From the IMG/VR virus record IMGVR_UViG_3300025018_000001: DNA of 64,000 nucleotides; one strand, written 5' to 3'. A program made the translations under genes and the position numbers. Below the pieces are notes generated by a model that saw nothing but the letters and a program-made list of their open reading frames with translations, was not told the origin of the DNA and did not search any database. Source of the stretch: a virus. Lineage: Duplodnaviria; Caudoviricetes. Shown one piece after another: positions 44,884 to 55,002 of the stretch; positions within the stretch are counted from its first letter, which is position 1; the number at the start of each line of letters is the position of its first letter.

Positions 44884-45212
44884 GTTCCTACCACCCTTGC
44901 AATAGTAAAATGTGGAGAACCGTATTGGTCAACAAGCATTTCGTCAGGTCCTAATATTTTCATTTTATAACGCCAACTTTTTATATTGGGGTGATCAGTA
45001 GGTAGTATTAAATGCCCTTGTTCAGGTGCCAGTGTTATCTCTTGTGTTTTTATAATCTTAGAACCATCAGGCCATTCATACCAATGTACAGTAATTTTAT
45101 TTTCTACGCCAGAAGGGTTATCCAAAACAAAGGCTACCCATTGTGGTTTATCATCCTTTATATTTGGGTCTTTTGGGCGACTTGCAAAATAAGGTATCTG
45201 AAATATTTTCAT
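44880..45212 (-). CDS. hypothetical protein
   Basis: AGGAG SD. Confidence 0.6.
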   Translation of the reverse strand: MKIFQIPYFASRPKDPNIKDDKPQWVAFVLDNPSGVENKITVHWYEWPDGSKIIKTQEITLAPEQGHLILPTDHPNIKSWRYKMKILGPDEMLVDQYGSPHFTIARVVGT

Positions 45213-45265
45213 TTATTTTCTCCTTTAAATTTTAATTAGTCTTATTATATACAAGACACTTTATT

Positions 45266-45337
45266 AGCGGATACTCGGACTCGAACCGAGATCTTAAGCT
45301 TGGAAGGCTTCAATGCTAACCATTACACCATACCCGC
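45266..45337 (-). tRNA. trnG: tRNA-Gly(TCC)
   Basis: loop CT-TCC-AA; cloverleaf. Confidence 0.88.
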
Positions 45338-45340
45338 ATT

Positions 45341-45423
45341 CGGAGAGCGTAGGATTTGAACCCACGGGGCTTTCGCCCTTCAGTTTTCAAGACTGATGTC
45401 ATAAGCCACTCGACCAGCTCTCC
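45341..45423 (-). tRNA. trnS: tRNA-Ser(TGA)
   Basis: TCAGT-CTTGAAA-ACTGA; long variable arm. Confidence 0.9.
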
Positions 45424-45430
45424 TGTTGTT

Positions 45431-45514
45431 TGGATGCGGTAGGACTCGAACCTACGAAGACCCTAAGGCCGGGAGATTTACAGTCTCCAGCAATTGCCAC
45501 TATGCGACACATCC
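45431..45514 (-). tRNA. trnY: tRNA-Tyr(GTA)
   Basis: GGAGA-CTGTAAA-TCTCC. Confidence 0.9.
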
Positions 45515-45521
45515 ATGTATT

Positions 45522-45595
45522 TGGTGCTAGAGGGATTTGAACCCTCGCTGCCGACGTGAAAGGCCGGTGTCCTAACCTAGCTAGACGATAGCACC
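45522..45595 (-). tRNA. trnE: tRNA-Glu(TTC)
   Basis: CCGGC-CTTTCAC-GTCGG. Confidence 0.9.
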
Positions 45596-45600
45596 ATGTG

Positions 45601-45673
45601 TTGACCCAGAGAGACTTGAACTCTCGACCTCGGAGTTAAAAGCTCCTTGCTCTACCAACTGAGCTATGGATCA
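45601..45673 (-). tRNA. trnK: tRNA-Lys(TTT)
   Basis: GGAG-CTTTTAA-CTCC. Confidence 0.9.
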
Positions 45674-45679
45674 TTAATT

Positions 45680-45751
45680 TGGACTCGGATGGGATTGAAC
45701 CACCGACGCTCGCCTCTTCAGGGCGACGCTCTACGACTGAGCTACAAGTCC
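45680..45751 (-). tRNA. trnF: tRNA-Phe(GAA)
   Basis: TCGCC-CTGAAGA-GGCGA. Confidence 0.9.
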
Positions 45752-45757
45752 AGTGTT

Positions 45758-45830
45758 TAGTTCCAACTGGCATCGAACCAATGTCTCACGATTATCAGTC
45801 GTGTGCTCTAACCAACTGAGCTATGGAACC
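45758..45830 (-). tRNA. trnI: tRNA-Ile(GAT)
   Basis: CACGA-CTGATAA-TCGTG. Confidence 0.9.
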
Positions 45831-45841
45831 ACTAAAAACTA

Positions 45842-46042
45842 TTAAGATATTAATGCTAATTGTTGTCTAATATATCTCATAAATATTATTGCCTTTTCTC
45901 TTGCGGGAAAAGTAGCCTCACCACAATCTACTATAGGCACAGTAAATATAAAATCGGTGTCTTCAACGTGATAGTGAAGATAACCAGCCCTATAGAAATC
46001 AAAACAAACGTACCTATCCTTAACTAATTCTTTAATGTTCAT
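45842..46042 (-). CDS. hypothetical phage protein
   Basis: ATG 46042 after AGGAG. Confidence 0.6.
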   Translation of the reverse strand: MNIKELVKDRYVCFDFYRAGYLHYHVEDTDFIFTVPIVDCGEATFPAREKAIIFMRYIRQQLALIS

Positions 46043-46062
46043 AAATTCTCCTTTAAGTTGTG

Positions 46063-46134
46063 TAGGTAAAGTAGGGGTTGAACCTACGACTTCTAGCATA
46101 TGAGGCTAGCGTTCTACCACTGAACTATTTACCC
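46063..46134 (-). tRNA. tRNA-Met/Ile2(CAT)
   Basis: CTAGC-CTCATAT-GCTAG. Confidence 0.88.
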
Positions 46135-46147
46135 TTTTTAAAACAAA

Positions 46148-46182
46148 AAAGGCGACTTAGAGTGTTATCCCTAGTCGCCTTT
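46148..46182 (-). terminator. intrinsic terminator
   Basis: AAAGGCGACT/AGTCGCCTTT hairpin + T tract on minus strand. Confidence 0.65.
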
Positions 46183-46373
46183 AGTATATATTTATACTTA
46201 GTTCAACTAGACATAGCAGTACATTCCCTCAATTTTTGAGGAGCCATAAAAGAAAATCTTTTCATAGTTTGTACTAATCATAGTTGTTTACCTAATTTAA
46301 GTTTATTATTACTGCTTATAATATGTATAAGCGAGATATATTATTAATACTACTCCAAGACCACCTAGCAATC

Positions 46374-46679
46374 TTACATAAAAATTACTGAAATAGGGCC
46401 AGGAGCTGCTGGTGCCAAAAAATCCACTGATACGTCCTCTATAATGGAGGGTTCAGACTCGTTAGCTGCGTCATCAATTGCTACAATAGAGAATGTATAA
46501 GTACCATCAAGTGCCGGAGCAATGTTGTTAAGTACGAACTCTATATTACCATCAGCATCAGTAACTAATTCATCCAACAAAAATAGCTTACTATCTGCAG
46601 GATCAGGTCCCCAGGATAGTTTGTATGAAACTACATCTGTTGATGTAGACGGAGCAAAAACTAATTTAACTGTATTCAT
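46374..46679 (-). CDS. fibronectin type III-like protein
   Basis: V.L.F..S...V.SY...Y.F.IVAID.A.NES.PS. Confidence 0.65.
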   Translation of the reverse strand: MNTVKLVFAPSTSTDVVSYKLSWGPDPADSKLFLLDELVTDADGNIEFVLNNIAPALDGTYTFSIVAIDDAANESEPSIIEDVSVDFLAPAAPGPISVIFM

Positions 46680-46730
46680 TATTATTCTCCTTACTATTTA
46701 TTTTTAATTATACAATATTATCTAGGTTAG

Positions 46731-47492
46731 TTAATTAGTAGTATGGCAGTTAGTACATGCTATGCGTTTTTCAGCATGTTTTTTATGGCTTTCACTTACC
46801 CAACTCTTAGAGGAGTGGCAGTTATTACATAAATTTTGCCATGGCATCTCTTTAAAACCTGTTGGATTAACTTCACCTGTAGGTGGTACTGGTGTGTTAT
46901 CCTCATCATTACTACCTATTAAATCACCAGAACCTACCCTTACATGACACTCTAAACAGCCCTGATGTACTAAATAATCTTCAGCTTTAAACCCAGGTGT
47001 AGCGTGTGGGTAATGACAAGTTTTACATTTAATTATGTCACCCTTAAGTAATACTGCTATACCAGTACCTGAAGTAATTTCATTACCACTCATAGGGTCT
47101 TTTACAAAACCCCCATTACCATCAGACACTTTACGTCCAACAGGCTGAAAATCATATTGAGAACATATAAATCTATCCGAAACTACTACAGCATCCTTAC
47201 CATTATGGCAAGGCGTACATGCAGTTATTCCTTCTCTCTTAACTCTATTACCATGGTTAACACCATGAGCATTACCTGGAGAAGGTAAAAATTCAACTAC
47301 TGGTGGCTCAGGGTCTGGGCATACTATCGGATCTGGACATATAGTTGGATCTTCACAAGGTGTACATAGTGGTGGACTATCCAGAGTAAGTGTTTGTCCC
47401 TCTTCAGCACTAAACCATACCTTATCAGCAGCACTAGCTATTGATAAACATAAAAGTGTTAATACAAAAGCGATGCCAATGATCTTCTTCAT
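46731..47492 (-). CDS. secreted multiheme c-type cytochrome (5 CxxCH)
   Basis: signal peptide; CTPCH, CKTCH(YPH), CLECH, CNNCH, CTNCH; extra distal His. Confidence 0.85.
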   Translation of the reverse strand: MKKIIGIAFVLTLLCLSIASAADKVWFSAEEGQTLTLDSPPLCTPCEDPTICPDPIVCPDPEPPVVEFLPSPGNAHGVNHGNRVKREGITACTPCHNGKDAVVVSDRFICSQYDFQPVGRKVSDGNGGFVKDPMSGNEITSGTGIAVLLKGDIIKCKTCHYPHATPGFKAEDYLVHQGCLECHVRVGSGDLIGSNDEDNTPVPPTGEVNPTGFKEMPWQNLCNNCHSSKSWVSESHKKHAEKRIACTNCHTTN

Positions 47493-47526
47493 TTTTTTTT
47501 ATCCTTTAATTTAAGTTAGTAAAACA

Positions 47527-47555
47527 ATTATACTACATTATTTAAACACTGTCAA
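47527..47555 (-). promoter_or_regulatory. consensus sigma70 promoter for the cytochrome gene
   Basis: TTGACA-17-TATAAT. Confidence 0.8.
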
Positions 47556-47559
47556 TAAA

Positions 47560-48441
47560 TTAAATCTGAATAAATGGTTTATTAAGGTTATCCTCACTAC
47601 AAATAAGCTGAGGAGTTTGCTCAAATCTGCGCTTTCTTAAAAGTTCTTCTGCTTTATCACGTAAAGTTTTCAAATCAATTGTTGGATTTTGTAGTAGTAA
47701 TCCTTGTACTACGTAAGATAAAGCTCCCTGATACCTATTAGTAAAGTAAGCATCAGCAGATGTTTGGTCGTCACTACAACCAGTTATAATAGAAATATTA
47801 TGTTTACTATAACTAGGTGGGCTTATAGGTATAATAGGCTCTGGTTGAAATAGGAAGTCAAAAAAGTTTTTATTTAAATCATCCTCGCCAAAAGATGATG
47901 TTGGATCAAATAAATCTTTTGTTAAAGTTGCGTCCGATACACGGGACATTAAATCTAAAGGTGTAGGAATTTGTTTTACTAACCTATCTTTAGGTATAGC
48001 AGCTCTGTCAATAGAACCACTATGACATGCATCTACAACCATAGCTATATGGTGATTATCTTTCAATTTTTTCATTAACCTGGCTATCTGGTTATCCAAA
48101 ATGTAGTTACCTTCCCAATTAAAGTCAACTGGGCACATAAGTTCATCCATAGAGTCAGGTTCATAGTTATCTTCCGAGTAATCTTGTGTAGGAATTTGTG
48201 CTCCATGACCTGAGTAGTAGAACATTTTATTCTCAGCATCATTTGTTATCAACCATTCCATTCTTTCCATTATATTATCTTTTGTAGCACGCTCATCTAA
48301 TATTAATCTTATCTGGTTTGCAGGAACTTTATAAATCTTAACTAATATATCCCGCATTATGATAACATCGTTAACACAACCGTTGAGTGGGCAATCAGGG
48401 TATTTATTAATACCTACAAGAACTGCACTAAAATTAGACAT
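47560..48441 (-). CDS. metacaspase/caspase-family peptidase (C14)
   Basis: GIN.Y..L.GCVND, YSGHG, DACHSG, GC.D.QTSAD, GAL..Q.PQL. Confidence 0.9.
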   Translation of the reverse strand: MSNFSAVLVGINKYPDCPLNGCVNDVIIMRDILVKIYKVPANQIRLILDERATKDNIMERMEWLITNDAENKMFYYSGHGAQIPTQDYSEDNYEPDSMDELMCPVDFNWEGNYILDNQIARLMKKLKDNHHIAMVVDACHSGSIDRAAIPKDRLVKQIPTPLDLMSRVSDATLTKDLFDPTSSFGEDDLNKNFFDFLFQPEPIIPISPPSYSKHNISIITGCSDDQTSADAYFTNRYQGALSYVVQGLLLQNPTIDLKTLRDKAEELLRKRRFEQTPQLICSEDNLNKPFIQI

Positions 48442-48456
48442 CTAATTTCTCCTTAT

Positions 48457-48966
48457 TTAAATATTTTTATTTCTTCTTAAACCTAATTCTTTAAACGCAC
48501 TTTTAAATCCACCTTTTCTGTAACCATTCCAAGCAACCCAGCCAAATAAACGTAGTACAAACCAAGCAGCGTCATTTAGGAAAAATCTACCATTTACATA
48601 TGTGTTTATAGCACGTATTTGTCTATCAAAAAAAGATCGTTTTTCTCTATTAAAAACTTTATTATTATTGACGTCTAGTAAATAACCATACTGATAGCCA
48701 AAGTCATGAAAAATACTACCTATAAGTAATATACCGACTGGATCTAGAATAGGCCAAAAGACTCTTGGTACTGATGCGCCATCAAAAGTAAAACCTTTTG
48801 GTATAAATAAAGTAGTATTCAACCAAGGTATATATAATGTATAGTCAACATCAATAATCCACATACGTCTACTAAAAGCATGTTTAACCTTTTTAAGCCA
48901 GGGTAGCCCACGTGTGGGTATACGTAAAGGACTAAATGAAGGCATCCTTATAGTGGTATCTATCAT
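48457..48966 (-). CDS. DUF1353-like protein
   Basis: IPKGF.FDGASVPR..W....HD..Y. Confidence 0.75.
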   Translation of the reverse strand: MIDTTIRMPSFSPLRIPTRGLPWLKKVKHAFSRRMWIIDVDYTLYIPWLNTTLFIPKGFTFDGASVPRVFWPILDPVGILLIGSIFHDFGYQYGYLLDVNNNKVFNREKRSFFDRQIRAINTYVNGRFFLNDAAWFVLRLFGWVAWNGYRKGGFKSAFKELGLRRNKNI

Positions 48967-49148
48967 TTTATATCCCCTTTCTTAAAAGATACACTCATGT
49001 TAGTAGAAGAAATATTTCTATGTATCTGTGTATTAAATTCTTTTACATTATTTGGTGACTTGCCATGAAGCCTAAAAAGAAACATAATTGTAATAGAAGC
49101 TAAAGCAAGTACATGAAGTCCTTTACAAAAAATTACCATAATATCCAT
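48963..49148 (-). CDS. small membrane protein
   Basis: one hydrophobic helix. Confidence 0.4.
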   Translation of the reverse strand: MDIMVIFCKGLHVLALASITIMFLFRLHGKSPNNVKEFNTQIHRNISSTNMSVSFKKGDIK

Positions 49149-49394
49149 AGAAGTTACCTGAGTATATATTAATTATAATTAGGAGCCTAATGGCCCCTCC
49201 CTTACATCCACAAGAGTGACCCTTAATTCACCTTTTTATAATCTGATATAGATACCCAACTGTACGAAAAACCGTTTCTACTTGTAATATTTAAGTTACT
49301 ACAATAAAATAGGAAATCCAAACACCAGTTTTTTGTTAATGTGTATAAGGTTTCTAGATCAGTAATAAAGCACTGAGGGTCAAGTTTTTTCACA

Positions 49395-49736
49395 CTAATC
49401 TTCCCTAGGAGCTTTATTTCTTAAAGCTTCTTTTTTTAACTCTGTTCTTGAGTCTAAAAATCTTGTATAAAGTTTATACATAAAAAATAGAATTATACCT
49501 GATTTACCTGTACTAGTTAAAGCAGTTAAGTCAGGCATATTACTAGCATGTACTGAGGCTACAACATCTTGTACGGTTGTTGCATATTTAGCCATATCCT
49601 CTGGTGATACAATCTTAGTAACATCACCACCTAAAACTTCTTTTAGTAGATACAAACCTCCTAATAATACACCTGCTAAAGATTGTCCTTCTAAGGATTG
49701 ATAGGCTGGTTTTACATCTGGAATCTCTTTTGCCAT
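49395..49736 (-). CDS. small membrane protein (possible holin)
   Basis: two hydrophobic segments, charged C-terminus. Confidence 0.4.
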   Translation of the reverse strand: MAKEIPDVKPAYQSLEGQSLAGVLLGGLYLLKEVLGGDVTKIVSPEDMAKYATTVQDVVASVHASNMPDLTALTSTGKSGIILFFMYKLYTRFLDSRTELKKEALRNKAPRED

Positions 49737-49752
49737 AATGTGTGTCTCCTAT

Positions 49753-50298
49753 TTAAAGTACTACTACTGCGATACTTAATATTTTAATAGCTAAACCTAG
49801 TACATTGGCCACTAAAGTCAAAGTTGTATTAACTTTAGTATTTGAATTAGCATCTATTAGAATACTAATTTTTTTAGATGCCTCAACAGCTTGTCTATCG
49901 AAACTCTCAAATAACATTTTTGTATCTGCATCAAAAGCATTTTCATGTGCTTTAACTACACTACGTGCTGCAATGTAGCTATTTTTAGTCATATCCCACA
50001 TGGTACTAACGTCATACATATTAAAATTAGTTGTATCTAACCTAAGCAACATATCATACTTCATAAGTAGTAATTTTATTGTTGCGTCTACATCTATAAG
50101 TCTGTCCCACTCTAATGGTGTGAATATTTTATTTTCTTCTTGTTTAAAGTTTAATAAATTTTTAACCTGTACGTAAGAGTCACTGAGAGAAATAACTTCT
50201 AGCTGTAAAGTTGTGCTATCTATAGGAGGCTGTGCTTGCGTAGCACAACCCCCTATAAGCAAAATTGTTAAAAGTATACTAAAGAACAATTTTTTCAT
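49753..50298 (-). CDS. lipoprotein
   Basis: lipobox LIGGC; C-terminal hydrophobic helix. Confidence 0.7.
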   Translation of the reverse strand: MKKLFFSILLTILLIGGCATQAQPPIDSTTLQLEVISLSDSYVQVKNLLNFKQEENKIFTPLEWDRLIDVDATIKLLLMKYDMLLRLDTTNFNMYDVSTMWDMTKNSYIAARSVVKAHENAFDADTKMLFESFDRQAVEASKKISILIDANSNTKVNTTLTLVANVLGLAIKILSIAVVVL

Positions 50299-50314
50299 GT
50301 GTACTCCCGTTCAG

Positions 50315-50905
50315 TTAATCTGTAGCAACTATGTCTCCTTCTAATGAAGCGGCACCCTCTAAAGCAGCGTCACCATTATTAGTCTTATAACTATCGGTAT
50401 TAGTGGTATTATAAGAGTCATGCACACCTGCACCATTAATGCCCGTCTTAGCAACATCAGCTAAATTGTTTGATTGTACAATACCTAAAGCTATGCCACC
50501 TATTCCTAGTATTGTGCTTCCCATTTTTCTTACAGAATCTCCAACAGACTCCGGCGCCTCAATCTTATTCAAGGCTACTGTAGGTTTAGTAGCGTCGCCT
50601 AGAGTTTTTGTTGTTTGCCACTTATCTTCTAATACCATTACCATGATCGGTGCAATAACATCATCAGATGTATCCGGTGTTTTCGCAACCGCTTGCATTA
50701 CGTTGCCAGTCAAAGTCAACATTTTTTCTTCATGTTTTCGCTGGGCTTCTTCCCGCTTGGTTGTTTCTTTTTCTGCCATCAGTTGTAACGTGATGTTCTG
50801 CTCTTTCACGGCTTGGGCGTAGTCACCATAACCGATAGTACATCCTGTAAAAGACATACATAAGAGTAATGCCACTGCTGTTAAAACCAATTTGTTGATT
50901 TTCAT
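50315..50905 (-). CDS. lipoprotein
   Basis: lipobox FTGC. Confidence 0.65.
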   Translation of the reverse strand: MKINKLVLTAVALLLCMSFTGCTIGYGDYAQAVKEQNITLQLMAEKETTKREEAQRKHEEKMLTLTGNVMQAVAKTPDTSDDVIAPIMVMVLEDKWQTTKTLGDATKPTVALNKIEAPESVGDSVRKMGSTILGIGGIALGIVQSNNLADVAKTGINGAGVHDSYNTTNTDSYKTNNGDAALEGAASLEGDIVATD

Positions 50906-51038
50906 AATTCTTGCTCTCCTAAATAAGCATTGACGATTGGACTAATTGCTCTCCTGTAATAGTGTAGTCAGTTTATTAGTAAATATAAAACCCCTGACTA
51001 ATACAAGATTAGTAGGGGTTTTATCTAAAAAATTATAT

Positions 51039-51632
51039 TTATTTTAGGCTGAAAAGATTAATAAACTTAGTATAAAATTCTAGTGGTGTATGTGGGTCTA
51101 ACCAACCAGATATTATACCTCCTTTATTTAAACATAGTTTAGCTGCTGCCACCATATCCTCAATTTCAGGTAAGGTGTCCTCATCTATATGTTTATAGAA
51201 ATCCATAAATATAAAATCATATTTATTCTTTGTACGCAACATGAATTTCAAACCGTCTTGATTCACTATTTCATGTCTTTCTGGGTCATATACGGACCAT
51301 TTTTCTAATTTATTATCAAGTAATTTTATAGTATCGTTATGTGAATTTATTACATCTTTACGTAATTCTACAGTAGTTAATGATTTAACTTGTGGATATG
51401 TTAAAATACATCTTGAAGCTACACCTAAACCTAAACCTATTTCTAAACAACGTCCTCTAGGTTTATCCCCTAACTGTTCCATATAAACTGTGTATTCACT
51501 TTCCAAAGCCCATAGGTTGTGCCCTGGTCCCACCTCTAAAAATAGTTCTCCGTGCATTTCATAAACAGTAACATTACCATGATTACTCACGACCTTTCCG
51601 TCCTTAAAATAAATACCTGTTGCTGTCTGCAT
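51039..51632 (-). CDS. spermidine-synthase-like SAM-dependent methyltransferase
   Basis: LEIGLGLG, VE...DVI, D..K..YDFIFMD. Confidence 0.75.
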   Translation of the reverse strand: MQTATGIYFKDGKVVSNHGNVTVYEMHGELFLEVGPGHNLWALESEYTVYMEQLGDKPRGRCLEIGLGLGVASRCILTYPQVKSLTTVELRKDVINSHNDTIKLLDNKLEKWSVYDPERHEIVNQDGLKFMLRTKNKYDFIFMDFYKHIDEDTLPEIEDMVAAAKLCLNKGGIISGWLDPHTPLEFYTKFINLFSLK

Positions 51633-51674
51633 TGTATCCTCCAGATGTGTGTTTACTCCATTAGCTAGTATAAA

Positions 51675-52148
51675 TTACAAAATTACATCTCCCTGCTGTT
51701 GGTCTTCTTGTTGTTCGTAAACAGCTAGGGTCAACTCTGTTAATTTAGATGCCCAATTAGGGTCATCAGCATTTTTTTGGAGTTCTGCTGCAAAATCTTC
51801 TACATCGTGTCCAACTAATTTTAATTTTCCCTTTTCATTAAATACAATATGATTAAGTTCATGTGAAATTATTCTCTTCCTATCCTGTTCAGAAGCATAC
51901 TGCCAAGCTAGTGCGTCAATAATAACTATACAGTCATAACCCTCTGGAATACCGTCATCAGTTGTAAAGAATTTTACCTTTTCATTAGCTAATTCTACAG
52001 AGGCTAATGTAATATTACCTTTGTACACCCGCTTTTTAGTATCAAAAATAAGTTTAAAATTTAAACCTTCCAACCAGTTAAACTCGGTGTTTAAAACGTT
52101 GGCAAAGGTGGTCTCTAAAAGCTCGTCGGAATCAAGGTATCTGTTCAT
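51675..52148 (-). CDS. putative phage metallopeptidase
   Basis: IISHEL.H...L.GHDVEDF. Confidence 0.7.
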   Translation of the reverse strand: MNRYLDSDELLETTFANVLNTEFNWLEGLNFKLIFDTKKRVYKGNITLASVELANEKVKFFTTDDGIPEGYDCIVIIDALAWQYASEQDRKRIISHELNHIVFNEKGKLKLVGHDVEDFAAELQKNADDPNWASKLTELTLAVYEQQEDQQQGDVIL

Positions 52149-52212
52149 TGTAATTCTCCTAAATGTAAATTAATAATAGCTAACACTATGTTAGCATTTT
52201 TAAACTTCATAC

Positions 52213-52241
52213 ATTATACAACAACTGTATAAATAATGCAA
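52213..52241 (-). promoter_or_regulatory. sigma70-type promoter
   Basis: TTGCAT-17-TATAAT. Confidence 0.65.
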
Positions 52242-52247
52242 CTATTT

Positions 52248-52499
52248 TTATATTTCTTGTAAAGGTTTCACTGTACCATATGGCGCACCGTCATCCCAAT
52301 GATATTCTACATCAGGAAAAACGCTACCAAATTTACGACGCATATAATCAAAACCTTTACCATTCCATTTACCTATATAAAAGTTTCTAGCTTTACATAA
52401 ATAGGTCATGCCTACAACTAACTCTTCTCTAGGTATCCAATTGTCGAATGGGATGTGCCTAAAATATAACTCACGTATTTCTTCTTCTGTAAATTCCAT
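52248..52499 (-). CDS. hypothetical protein, paralog of 23050..23289
   Basis: shared ARNF.IG.WNG..HWD.G.P.GTVKP. Confidence 0.65.
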   Translation of the reverse strand: MEFTEEEIRELYFRHIPFDNWIPREELVVGMTYLCKARNFYIGKWNGKGFDYMRRKFGSVFPDVEYHWDDGAPYGTVKPLQEI

Positions 52500-52502
52500 A
52501 AA

Positions 52503-52799
52503 TCACTCCACAAACATTTTAAACTCACCTGTGTTTTCATCTACAGCATAGAAAACCTTAGTAGCTCCTTCATAGTAGCCAATACATCTCCGCTCAATCC
52601 TAAATGATTCCTGTGACCCTGGCACTACTGATGCAGTATTACGAATAAAGTATGCAGCCTTACCAGTTAGATCCCATCTTCGTGTATCAAATAATAATGA
52701 TAGTTGTTTAATCTGTATTTTTGGTACCTCACGCCACTCGTGTGTATCTTCAGTCATTCTGCTACCGTCATACAACAGTACTTCCCAACCTCTCTGCAT
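52503..52799 (-). CDS. hypothetical protein
   Basis: ATG 52799; the track TTG start is the -35 box. Confidence 0.6.
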   Translation of the reverse strand: MQRGWEVLLYDGSRMTEDTHEWREVPKIQIKQLSLLFDTRRWDLTGKAAYFIRNTASVVPGSQESFRIERRCIGYYEGATKVFYAVDENTGEFKMFVE

Positions 52800-52824
52800 A
52801 ATGTTATTCCCCTTATTTCCCTTT

Positions 52825-52853
52825 ATTATACTATAAATTACTATGTGTGTCAA
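52825..52853 (-). promoter_or_regulatory. consensus sigma70 promoter
   Basis: TTGACA-17-TATAAT. Confidence 0.8.
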
Positions 52854-52858
52854 TCATT

Positions 52859-53047
52859 TTATTCACTTAATAATTTATGACCACAAAAAGGACAAAATTT
52901 AATAGGTATTCCATAATTATGAGTTTTATGAAATGTTCCTTCATCTGATATTTCCATCCATGCTATTATTATACCATAGTTAGAATATTTTTGAAACAAA
53001 AAAGGGTGGTCTATAATAACATTTTTAAAATCTTCGCAACATTCCAT
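52859..53047 (-). CDS. Cys-rich hypothetical protein
   Basis: CC...FCPFCG. Confidence 0.55.
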   Translation of the reverse strand: MECCEDFKNVIIDHPFLFQKYSNYGIIIAWMEISDEGTFHKTHNYGIPIKFCPFCGHKLLSE

Positions 53048-53112
53048 AAAAAATAAGGGCCTACAAACAGTAGGCCCTTCCTCCTTAAATTAAGTTTTAG
53101 GTGGGTGTCTAC

Positions 53113-54972
53113 TTAATTAGAAGCAGATGCTTCCTCTTCAGGTGGCACTGGAGGCGTATCCATAGGAGGTGCCTGTGCATAAATCTTTTCTGCCACGGGA
53201 TGAAAAGTAGCATTTAATTCTTCTACCTTCTGATTTAGTTCTTCCACAGAAGTAGTTGTTGTAAGAATCTCACGAAGTTCCTTAATTTTAGTTTCTATAG
53301 ACTCCTTTTCTTCATCAGATACTTTATCACTACTCTCCTTTAAAGTTTTCTCCATTTGATAGGCAGTGTTCTCTGCTTGATTTTTTGCTTCAATCAAGCT
53401 ACGTTTAGCCTTATCAGCCTCAGCATGTTCTGCTGCTTCATCAACCATACGAGCAATATCTTCTTTAGACAATCCTGAAGAGGACTCTATCTTAATAGAC
53501 TGCTCTTTACCTGTACCTAAATCCTTAGCAGCTACTGTTAAAATACCGTTAGCATCAATATTGAAACTAACTTCTATTTGTGGTACACCACGTGGGGCTG
53601 GGGGTATACCAACTAAATCAAACCTACCTAAAGTTTTGTTATCCTGAGCCATCTCTCGCTCCCCTTGAATAACATGTATTGACACTGCATTTTGATTATC
53701 TGCAGCAGTACTAAATACTTGCGTCCTTAACACAGGTATAGATGTGTTCTTTTCTATAACTTTAGTAGCAATACCCCCAAGAGTCTCAATACTAAATGAC
53801 AGAGCGGTCACATCAAGCAACAGAACATCTGTTGTAACACCAGCTATAATACTTGCTTGGATAGCAGCTCCCTGAGCAACAACCTCATCGGGATTAACAG
53901 ATTTATTTACTTTCTTACCGAAGAAGTCTTCAACCGCTTTCTGTATAGCAGGTATACGAGTAGAACCACCTACTAAAATTACTTCATCAATATCCTTAAT
54001 ATCAACTCCTGAGTCCCGTAATACCGTTTTACAAGGCACTAAAATTCTTTCTACTAGATGAGCTGTCATAGCGTCAAACTTAGACCTAGATAATTTCATA
54101 GTTAAATGCTTAGGGCCAGAGGCTGTAGCAGTTATAAAAGGCAGATTAATAGTAGTCTCCGAGGATGAAGATAATTCCTTCTTAGCCGATTCAGCTTCAT
54201 CTTTTAATCTCTGTAAAGCCATATTATCTTTTGACAGGTCAATGCCTTCTGATTTTTTAAACTCATCTACTAACCAGTTAACAATAATTTGGTCAAAATC
54301 TGTGCCCCCCAGAAAACTATCACCACTAGTTGCTTTAGTCTCTACAACCCCTCCACCTAACTCAAGTAAACTTACGTCATGTGTACCCGCGCCAGTGTCA
54401 ACGATTAAAACCTTTTCTTCCTTCTTGCCCTCAAAACCATAAGCTAGTGCAGCTGAAGTTGGTTCTGAAATAATACGTTTAACATCTAGTCCTGCAATTT
54501 TTCCTGCGTCCTTTGTTGCTTGCCTCTGTGCATCCGTGAAATAAGCAGGTACAGTAATAACCGCTTCTGTAACAGCTTCGCCTAAGTAATCTTCAGCGTA
54601 TTTCTTCATTTCAGCTAAAACAGCTGCTGATATCTCTACTGGAGAAAGCGTTTTACCAGCTACATCAATAAGCACCTCACCATTAGTACCTTCCTTCAAC
54701 TTAAAAGGTGCGGTTTTTGCAAAATCTTGCACTTCTTTATCTTTATAGAGTCTTCCTATAAGCCGTTTTGCTTCGTAAATAGTTCTTTCAGCATTAGTGG
54801 CTGCTTGTCGCTTAGCTGCACCGCCTACTAGTTTACCTTCATCAGTGAAAGCAACTACTGATGGAGTTGTTCTATTTCCATCACTATTTACTATGATCTT
54901 TGAAGACCCATTCTCCATAACTGATACAACCGAAAAACCGGTTCCAAGGTCAATGCCTACAATCTTTCCCAT
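53113..54972 (-). CDS. dnaK: Hsp70 chaperone DnaK
   Basis: [44 protein letters not shown]. Confidence 0.97.
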   Translation of the reverse strand: MGKIVGIDLGTGFSVVSVMENGSSKIIVNSDGNRTTPSVVAFTDEGKLVGGAAKRQAATNAERTIYEAKRLIGRLYKDKEVQDFAKTAPFKLKEGTNGEVLIDVAGKTLSPVEISAAVLAEMKKYAEDYLGEAVTEAVITVPAYFTDAQRQATKDAGKIAGLDVKRIISEPTSAALAYGFEGKKEEKVLIVDTGAGTHDVSLLELGGGVVETKATSGDSFLGGTDFDQIIVNWLVDEFKKSEGIDLSKDNMALQRLKDEAESAKKELSSSSETTINLPFITATASGPKHLTMKLSRSKFDAMTAHLVERILVPCKTVLRDSGVDIKDIDEVILVGGSTRIPAIQKAVEDFFGKKVNKSVNPDEVVAQGAAIQASIIAGVTTDVLLLDVTALSFSIETLGGIATKVIEKNTSIPVLRTQVFSTAADNQNAVSIHVIQGEREMAQDNKTLGRFDLVGIPPAPRGVPQIEVSFNIDANGILTVAAKDLGTGKEQSIKIESSSGLSKEDIARMVDEAAEHAEADKAKRSLIEAKNQAENTAYQMEKTLKESSDKVSDEEKESIETKIKELREILTTTTSVEELNQKVEELNATFHPVAEKIYAQAPPMDTPPVPPEEEASASN

Positions 54973-55002
54973 TCTAAACTCTCCTTTAAATTTGTTAATT
55001 AT

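Noticed and set aside
46200-46290. Three-way junction / hammerhead on the minus strand upstream of the tRNA block
   Set aside because: Helices are AT-rich and the catalytic core is missing; may be ordinary leader structure.
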